Assembly (NCBI GenBank): GCA_000934665.2
Contig: KZ538406.1
Coordinates: 53,893-73,892 of the forward strand
Length of the DNA: 20,000 bases
Reading direction: 5' to 3'
Origin: Catajapyx aquilonaris
Taxonomy: Eukaryota
Part shown: positions 1-9,300 of the stretch, piece after piece
Layout: every line of letters begins with the position of its first letter
Position numbering within the stretch: the stretch's first letter is position 1
The notes under the pieces: model-generated
What the model was told of the DNA's origin: nothing
Database searches by the model: none
The model's input: only the letters and a program-made list of their open reading frames with translations
Program-made: the position numbers and the translations under genes

Positions 1-155
1 GATTTCCCTATTGGCAGAAAATATACCGTTAATAGTATGCTACCTGTTCCAACTTCCAATGTACACGGGTGAAAAAAATCTGTCAGATAATACGAACACC
101 TACCTTGGAAAGTGCAGTGGTGGGCACATTTACTGTTGGTTTTTGTGGCCGTCAG

Positions 156-599
156 AACTTGAATCACTGGGTGTCGAGCTGGGTGGACTGGAACATGGCC
201 CTGAACGCAACTGGAGGACCCAACTGGGCGGGTCTAGGGGCAGACTCGCCCATCATCGTCAACTCAACATCAGACGAGTTCTACCGTCAGCCTCTCTTCT
301 ACACCATGGCCCACGTGTCCAAGTTCTTCCTACCTGGATCTGTCCGAATCGGGACCACATTTGCCTTCGAAGGAGGGCCTTTGGAAGGAGTGGCCGTTCG
401 CAGGCCGGACAAGGCCATTGCCATATTCCTTCTCAATAAGTAAGAGACTTTGCCCTTTCACGCCTATACAGGATTGACATGCTCGCCTTTTCCCCTCAGG
501 AACGATCAGGATGTACAAGTTGTGCTGCAGGATCCAGAAAGAGGAGTGGCCAAGTTTACTAGTTACAAGAGATCGATTCAGAGTGTACTTTATTGGTAG
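156..599 (+). CDS. GBA: Lysosomal acid glucosylceramidase (GH30), last two coding exons (156-439, 500-599); 5' part lies outside the window
   Basis: Exon 156-439 translates NLNHWVSSWVDWNMALNATGGPNW...DSPIIVN...DEFYRQPLFYTMAHVSKF, matching the GBA DWNLAL/GGPNW/DSPIIV/FYKQP/HFSKF motifs. A 60-nt GT-AG intron (440-499) joins in frame to KNDQDVQVVLQDPERG...SIQSVLYW* (TAG 597-599), which resembles the GBA C-terminus. Confidence 0.95.
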
Positions 600-1164
600 G
601 CTTAATTTTGAGTGCAAAGACAGATATTTTACCGTTTAGTCACCTGAGATTTGGTTTTTACTCAGGAATTAGTATTAGACTACACGAATTGGTTCCATGC
701 CAGAATGAACCATTAATATTTTAATGCCCTTTATTTTGTCTAACTTGGGCGGCTAAGTGCATTTCAATTTCTGTTCAAAACTGACATACAGACACATAGG
801 CCTGCCGGCATGGTTCCATAATCTAGTCTGCTTATTTGCTATTTGTGTAATTAAAAAAAAAAAACTGACCCACACGAAGTAAATTTTTATACTGTAGTAC
901 CGTAAGTTATGCATATTATTGACACGAGATTTAAAACACTACTCCATGATTAATGAGAAAATATAAACTAAATGTTATGGTTATTTATATACCGTCAATC
1001 AGATCCTATAGTACACTCTGGCGGTATATGTTAAAGTTATTTTTTAGCCTGACGGAAGTATTCTCAATGTTATCAACATTTTGTAGATTACATCTCAAAG
1101 CACAAAGTTTTAGTCGTTACATATATGGGTCAGAAATCGTGCACTCAACTGGAATAATATTGTA

Positions 1165-1197
1165 TTTATTTATTTTTGAATAAAGCCATATTTTATT
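1165..1197. promoter_or_regulatory. Cluster of polyadenylation signals on both strands (convergent GBA and peptide gene 3' ends)
   Basis: AATAAA on + at 1179-1184; AATAAA on - at 1197-1192, 1174-1169 and 1170-1165. Confidence 0.5.
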
Positions 1198-1235
1198 TAT
1201 CAAAGTGTAACAACTTCTGGTTATCAGGCGATGTT

Positions 1236-1728
1236 TCAATTCTGTTTCTTGCGAAATAGGTCGATAATTCGACGAACTGACTCGTGCTCTGCCACATCTT
1301 TCAGATGAGTGGCCGCCTGTTCAATTTTCTTGGCGTATTCACTTACGCGATCCAGAAAGTCTCTCAGGCCTCGTTTCTCTGACGGTAAAGAAAGAAATGT
1401 CAGGATTTTATCAGATAAAAACACATTAAAAATATTATAAAAGTCACCTCGCAGTGTATGAGCGCTCCTTTTATCCAAAGGAATGCCTCTGAGATCATTA
1501 TCCAGCTTTTCGAGATCTGCGAGTGTATCTAGGTTATTGTCAGCAGACCTCTTCTCGAGTGACAGTGCTACAATAACAATGCAACAATATTACATAACAT
1601 GTACGTATATTAATACCTTAAGTCTTAAAAAGACAGAACTGAAATCCGTACTCACCCGCTCCATTTCCCACATGTATCATCACCAGAGCAAACACAACCA
1701 CAGCAATCCATACGTTTAATTTCGCCAT
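1236..1728 (-). CDS. Uncharacterised 111-aa secreted prepropeptide (candidate antimicrobial, toxin-like or signalling peptide precursor); exons 1728-1656, 1567-1448, 1378-1236
   Basis: ATG at 1728. Two phase-1 GT-AG introns (88 nt GTGAGT..TAG; 69 nt GTGACT..CAG) give an uninterrupted frame: MAKLNVWIAVVVFALVMIHVGNGAALSLEKR-SADNNLDTLADLEKLDNDLRGIPLDKR-SAHTLREKR-GLRDFLDRVSEYAKKIEQAATHLKDVAEHESVRRIIDLFRKKQN*. Hydrophobic signal peptide, three KR sites, upstream TATA box and downstream AATAAA all support a real gene. Confidence 0.85.
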
Positions 1729-1766
1729 GTTTGAAGTATGGATCTCAGGCAAAGAGAAACATGCAG

Positions 1767-1803
1767 CAGTGAGGTTGCTCCAAACCCTCTGTTCCTATTT
1801 ATA
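1767..1803 (-). promoter_or_regulatory. Core promoter of the peptide gene: TATA box plus Inr-like element
   Basis: TATAAATA on the - strand at 1803-1796; TCACTG (Inr-like) at 1772-1767 about 30 nt downstream; ATG follows about 40 nt later. Confidence 0.7.
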
Positions 1804-3361
1804 CCTTTCCCTCGTGGAAAAACATTTCCGACATCCGGAGGAAATTGAGGTTTTTCGCAAAACGCGGTATAGGTCTATTGATAAAGAAAAGTGGCAGTCG
1901 GTGGAAAATAATAATCTGGAACCGAGTTGATATTGGCTTGGGTTTGGCTCCGGGTGCTTGCGGTTTTCCTCGTTGTGGGTGCCGACAAGTTTATATCAGA
2001 TGTCTTAGTATACCGGTCAGTAAACCTCAAGATATGATTTTACGAAAGAATGAATGTCCTGCAAAGTAGTAATTTCTCTCAGTTTATTCCCGTTTTCCCT
2101 GCAAAGAATTAAACTCAAGGGGATGAACTCACTCTTGGTAATTGTTATTAATGATTTTTTAGCGGAAGTGTTCAAACGTCCGGAATTGTGTACATGTGGC
2201 CGATTTGCTCTGGAGACCAATTTATCCGTTGAAGCAACAATCATGGCCGCATTTTACTTGTCGTGGATTGTTGCTTCTTTTTAATCTTGTTGCTGGACTT
2301 TAGCAAACTCAGATAGTGCAGCCTTCCCTCACCTTGGACTCGGAATTCGGATAGTGCAGCACAAACACTGACAAGAACTGCATGCATTAGTATTGTAAAA
2401 TGATGCCATTTGTATAGGCCACAACAGGGTGAGTCAAATTGAAACGTGTGGATGTGTACTTGTACCATGATAGGCTGTAGGCCTACTGAATAAAATGACG
2501 ACACTGAAAACAATCTCTGACCTTCAGGTACGGACGTACGGTTATTGAGTTTGTGATCCACCACTGTGCAACATGTTAGATTACGTGCAACGACAGAACA
2601 TGTCCTGTCTTCAAACACGATACACATCACCTTTGGACTGCCGGTGGCTGAGCAAGATGAAAATTAATATACATTACAGTAGTTATTAGAGCAGGTTGCT
2701 GTAACCACTGCGAAACCTGAATCATTGGACGGTGAGTGCATAATGGTAAACGCGACATTCGTTCTCTGAAATAACTCCTCGAAACCGCGATCTTTTGCAG
2801 GTCAATCATTCGTAAGTCTCGACTTTGTGACGCAGGCTCTGGGACGCTGCAGCATTGGGCAGAAGAGTATACAGCACCATATTGGCGTAATGCCATAATC
2901 ATTGTTTAGACTAGAGGTGAGTTGAAATTGCACTTTGTAGTCAAATGCCATTGCATTGTACTATATAGGCCTACTGCGAAAAAATACTGCTCTCTTTCCG
3001 TCACTTGCTACATTGCCATGTCATTGTGCACACGATATTCATTCCTGCGACATGACCACTTATTATGATCATTCTAGAAGAGCACAATGGGCATGCGGTT
3101 GGAATTCAAAAGCAACAAATGGTTACAATACTATACTGCTGTTTTTCCTGCACAATACTTTTCTGTTCCCATGGAATAGGCGTCAATCAATCAGCTTAAT
3201 TACAAATTTACAATCAAGTGTCATTTGCAATTATTATACCTACACATAATACGCGTATCGTCTCTGATCTGATAATTCTTGATTTATGCAGCACAGCATT
3301 GCAGATGTATCAAGTAATAACACGATTTGCTTTCGTCCACAATATACGAAGGAAAACTTTA

Positions 3362-6300
3362 TTATGCGACTTCATCTGTAGGTTTTTCTTTCTTTCGCCT
3401 ACAGCACTGGGAGCAAAATATATTCTTCAGTATCTTGTTCTTTCCTAAATCTCGTGCATCTGTTCTCTGGCCCTTTGCAAACACCAAAAATATCTGCTCC
3501 AAGGTGGTCTCACCCACCGAATAGTCCTCCACCAGGGGCCATCTCTCCTTTATACCCTCCAGTTGCCGAAACAGCGTGGACCAAGGAATCTTCGGATCCG
3601 TCACGTGATAATGTAGAAATCCCTAAAAAGATACCGTATGTTTCAAACTAATAATTACGGAGATTCTAAGCACTGAAGTTCATTGCTAGAGATTTCATCA
3701 GTGGTGGAATTTCACCTGGTTTTTATCCTTGAGGACGCACGGTGCGAGTTTGGTGAGTATTTCTGTTTCGAGAACCTCTTCGTCCTTCAGGGCATGAGGC
3801 AGCTCCACCAGCATCGTCGGCCTCAGTTTGACCAGCACCGTGAAGCCCTGCCCAAACTTGTTCTTCAGCTGCTGGGGACTTCCCAAGCACTGGAACTGCC
3901 CGTTGACCATGATGGCCACTCTCTGGCACAGCACTTCGCATTCCTCCATGCTGAAATTAAGGGACTGCTGGATCACACACCCCGATGGTTGATGGCAGAA
4001 TATATTTCTTCTACCAATAATAATAATCACCTGTGCGACGTGAGCACAACGGCCTGCCCCAGCATCTGGATGTTAGCCAAGGCTTTCCAAAGCCTTCTCC
4101 TGGCCCTTGGATCCATCCCGCTGGTTGGTTCGTCCAGGAGAACCAGAGGGGGGTCGCCAACTAGCGCCATCGCCGTGCTGAGCTTCCTCTTGGTGCCTGA
4201 GCTGTACTGGCCGCACTGCTGGTCACAACTATCCTCGAGGCCTGCAACGTGCACAAGAAATGGCTATTTATCACCTGCTGCACCAATTGCATCCCCTGTT
4301 GTCAGCTAACTTACCCAGGTATGCCAGCCATTTCTCAGCCTCGCCTTTCACTAAAGACCAGGGGACTCCTCTGAGGCTCGCAAACAGCTGCAACATCTCC
4401 TTCCCGGTCAGGGTGTCCACCAGCCCGTCGTACTGAGGACAATAACCGATGCTCCGGAGGTACTGCAGGTGCAGTTAAGACAAGGGACGGTTACAATGAT
4501 CAGATGTTATTTATCTGATGCAACTGACCTCTGAAGTTTGTCCCTTGAGGGAATAGCCCTGGACAACTGCGTTTCCCCTGGTGGGACGCATGTCCCCAGT
4601 CAGCATCCTGAACGTGGTGGTCTTCCCCGCTCCGTTGACGCCTAGCAACCCGAAGCACTCGCACAGGTCCACCCTGAACGACAGCCCCTGAACGGCCACC
4701 AGGGACCCAAAGGTCTTGGCCACGTCCTGGACCAGCAGAGCGTGCTTCTCTTCTGCTTCCTCTGGTTCTGACGACTTTCGGTGAAGGCTTTTCTTGGCCA
4801 CCAGCTGCCTCTCCAGCCTGACCTCCTCCTCCAGCTCCGACTCTCCCATATCCACCGTGGTCCCCCTGTCCTTCAGCAGCATCTTCAGGGTGCGGCTGCC
4901 CTCCAGCAGCAGGACCAGCAGCATGTAGGCCGTGCCCAGGAGGAACATGTACACGATGCACTGCCCCGGAGCGGGTAGCTGTCGGTCGCTGGGCGTCTTC
5001 GTCTGTTCCTTTCCGCAAGTCTGTTCACCTCCGCCGGATCCTTCCACCGTCAATTTGCCCTGCAGCACTTCCCAATCCAGGTACTTGATGACCTCGTGGC
5101 AAGCGTGGCGATTCAGGCGGCAAAAGTTTTCTGGGGCACAGTAAGAGTTGCCAGTTAAGCTTTTACTCGCAGATAAGTCAAACGGTCTGTTCCATTTTTT
5201 TAAAGGTCCAAGTGACAAAATTATACTCATTCACAAAACATAATTATTGGAGATTTCCTCCTGACGATTTGATGCAACCAGCACTTTACGATAACATTAT
5301 AGTGGCATTGCAGGAACAGTAAAATTATAGCAAATACGTTTCGAAACATAACGAATCATTGACTATTATACAAGTGAGTGTATACGCATTAGCAACCACA
5401 TACCGCAGCAGGAGTATATGGAGTTGGCAAACGCAATACTTCTGGGGCTCTGGCTGAAATCCTGATCGCACGTGCTGTTTAGGAATTTTTCGGTGTAGTA
5501 TTTGCACTTGTTGTTCTTGGTGGCGATCTGGGAAAACCGAAGAAGTCCGTAGGAGACCAGGTAGGCAGGAAAGAGCTGGAAAATCCATCGCAGGATGTTT
5601 GCCACCAGGGCGTCGTTCTTGTCCTCCTCCAGGGTGAACACCACGTAGCACAGGACGGTACCTGGTTCCAGGTGGAGGTGACGACACGTCACACTGTTTA
5701 CGTATGCAAGGTACCACTACACACCCTTATACTACAGGATTTTCTCTAGAGAGGCAGACAAACTGAAGAGTTTTGTAATGATTCTAGTAACAGAGCGACT
5801 TTCTCGCATTTCTGTGATCATACCAATACAGTAACATACGTATTATTTTGAATATCGCAGACTACAGTCATTGAAAAGCTATATGGGCTTCTTTACGCAG
5901 TTTTACAGCTAGATCTCCCTATACACTCTGCACACCCGCACTCACCGCTGACAACATGCAACAAGCTAACCAGTCCCAGGGCTCCAGATACGCTCTTACT
6001 GAAGAAGCTGACCAGGTAGGAGAAAGCCAGGCTGCACCAGCTAAAGGTGAGGAGCAAGTAGAATATGCTACCTGTGCGATATAAAGGTACCACCTTGAAA
6101 TGCCTATCGCAATGGGAAATTCATCGCAGCCTCCACCAATCCACGACTGGAAACAGTAGACTAAGTATTGTATACTGACCAAGGCCTTCGAAGTGGACGT
6201 ATGTCCCGATGTCGTCCATGAAGTAGATGACCAGGACGACCAGCACGTGGGTGAGCAGCACGAAGAGGGTGTCCCAGAAGAGCATCACCATCCAGTAGGT

Positions 6301-9300
6301 GACGGGCGAGGTCCCGGTCATGAGCTGCAGCTGCTTGGCCGAGGAGATCTTCTCTTGGGTCGGGGTGATGAGGAATCCCGTGGCCAGGAGGGACAGGCCG
6401 ATGGTCATGAAGATGGAGAACATGACGCTGATGTTGAGGAGTTTGCTGGCCCCCGAGGAGATCGGGAGGAACCCTTGATGACCCACCACCATCGGGAGGG
6501 GATAGTTCGCCGTGGTGATGCTGTATTCTGAGTCCTTTCCTCCGGTGTAATGTCTCAGCATCGCGTTGTGGACCAGGTTCAGCGAGAGAGGCGCCCCGTG
6601 GAAGGCGAAGGCGGAGAACATGGCTACCACCTCATGGCCGCTCTTGAAGTCGGCCGCGACCACGAAGGCCGCCTTGTAGGCCATCTGGTCCTTTCTGGCC
6701 TGGTCCAGCAGCGATTGGGTTAGGTTCTGGTTCGTGTCCACCTGAAAGGAACGGTTGTCAACTCCCCAACTATCAACTTAATTTTTGCCCAAGACCTATT
6801 CAACTCAGTACCTGAGTGAATATGGAGTCACCCGGGATGAAACTCTGGTAGACCTGGACTATCCCCGTCCCGTTGGGCCATCCTTGAGGATCCAGGTGGA
6901 CCATCGTGCTGGTGTCGCTGTAGTCCTCCAGACTGAATACTCGGTATGGCGGGGGCTCTGGCTGGGTGTACATTTCCACCGAGTGGTTACTCAGCACGAT
7001 GCAGGACACGGTCAGGAGCACCATGATGAAGGCCTGACCGATGTACATGGGCCAACGACGGAACATGTTCAGGAAGCTCTTTATCATCAGGGCTCTCAGA
7101 CGCTGGAAGCCCAATAAGACCCCGCGGAGCTTCTCGCTCTGGGCCACACCTTGCAGGACACAAAGAAGGACTATAGTTATGACTGACAGGTTGCTTCCGG
7201 ACAATGCAGTTCATGTGGTACTGCTTGCTGGGACAAACCTTCCCTGGATATCTTTTCATCTATACAGCAATTATTCAATCTTCAACTGTGGACTTTGGAC
7301 AGTGGCTTTACTTACTTTTTCTTTTTCGGAGTGAGACAACATTTCCCTCCTCTAGCGTCTGCGGCTCCTCCGTATCCTCTTCAACTACTCTGCACAAAAT
7401 GAGAAAATTTATGACAGAGGGTTACAGTGCTGTCACTATATACACGATTGTCTGGCTGATACAATGGAACCAAGTGCACCTGTTTCCTTCCGCTGACATT
7501 TTCATTTACAAAAAAAAGAGTACGGACTTATGGCCTTAATAACTTACTTCATGAAGACGTCATCCATGGTGGTGAGCGACACCCCGAAGCTGGCTATGCC
7601 CAACTTGCTTCGCTCCCGGTCCATGACCTCGAAGAGCTGGAGGAACCTGGAGCTCTGGTTCACGGGCAGGCGGTAGCCCAATTCTTTGTTGGAACTGGAG
7701 GGCTCTCTCTTTACGCCAGGGAACTGGGACTGAACCAGTCTAGTCACCTGATCCTCATCGCCAGAGCTGGACATGGTCAGCTTCAAGTGGTAGCCCATCT
7801 CTGCAGGAGTGACCACGAAGGTGTTGCAAAACTACGATATAGGCCCAAACTACATGACAGAGAATCACTTTATGTAAAGATGTCGTTCGGCCTGTGCCAC
7901 CTTGTTATCGAGATTGGCTTCAAACGAAAGATATGAAGTATCCTGGAAGATACACGTCACGTCTCGCTACCTTGCAGTTATTTTTTTAATTTTAATTTTT
8001 CTTTACATTATAATAACAAGGCTGCGGACGGTCACCTAAACGGCACTCCTATACAATTCTCCTGGGTCAAGGGGTCATCTTATAGGCATTTGTATGCATC
8101 ATTACGAAACATTCTGTATCATACGTTGCTGTATTTCAGAACACGTATATATACGTGTTCTGAAATACAGCAACGGCATTTCATTTGATTACCATAAGCC
8201 TTTTTGAGGAAGTGCGGACTTCCGCAGCACTTGATGCTTCCGTGAACCATGATTGCAATGCGGTCGCCAAGAATGTCGGCTTCCTCCATTATTTGGGTGG
8301 TGATCAGGGTCGTGTACTGCCCTCGGAGTTCCTGCGTAAGGAAGAGCTCCCAAAGAGTTGAGCAATCAGCAAAAAAGAAGATGAATGCACCTTACCAAAA
8401 GGAGGTCCCACACTGCTCGACGCGCTTCAGGATCCATTCCAGACGTGGGCTCATCAAGGATAAGCACCTGGAACATTAACACACATTACCAGATTGTTCT
8501 CTACGAGTGTGTACAGAGACTTATCCTGGAAGTCAGTCTTCCGCGCATTGCAAGAGAGGTGCATGGGTTGCCCTCGAGGGATATGATAAAATGGAGGAAA
8601 TACTATTTTTTTTCGGAGAGTTATGACTCAAGATTGACATTATGTGCAGCATACCCGTAGCAACATTAAAAGTCATCACCTGTGGCTCTCCTAAGAGAGA
8701 GATCCCTAGACACAGCTTCCTCTTTTGTCCCCCGGAGAGGGTTGAAGCCACCGCGTTCAACTTTTCCCGAAAGTTCAGTTTCTCGGCCAGATCCTCCGCT
8801 TGCCTGCTGGCGTCAGCCTTTTTCATGTCCTTCAGCTGCATACCCCGCAAGATCACAATTTATTACTAAGCACACCAATCTCAGACCATCTGCATGCTCA
8901 ATTTAATGCTCATCCCATACCATCCCGAAGAAGACAAAGTGCTCCTTGACCGTGAGTCCCTCTATCAGCATGTTGTGCTGCGGGCAGAACCCGACCAGCC
9001 TCTGTGCCTTGGCGAGGTGCCTCTTGATGTTGACCCCTCCCACGTGGGCCCGACCTTTGTCCGGGGAGTAGAGGCCAACCAGCATGTTGAGGAGGGTGCT
9101 CTTCCCAGCCCCAGTGTCTCCCAACAGCACCGTGATCTGCCCCTGGAAAGCGGTCAGGGTGGCGTCGGACACCGCCATCACCGTCCGTCCCCCGAACAAG
9201 GAGAATGTCTTCTGCATGCCCGACACCACTATTCCGGCAGGAAGACCCTCCGGTTCCGCCTCGAAGCTCGGAGTTGCAGATGGCAAAAGCTCTTCCTCCG

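Noticed and set aside
11..439. 142-aa + strand ORF, and the N-terminal part of ORF 69-443
   Set aside because: The first is an alternative frame over the GBA exon. Sequence before 156 is intronic (acceptor cag at 153-155).
1239..1370. 44-aa mature peptide as a CRF-like diuretic hormone (DH44)
   Set aside because: Lacks the SLSI-x-x-PL-DVLR motif and the C-terminal amidation signal; the length match is coincidental.
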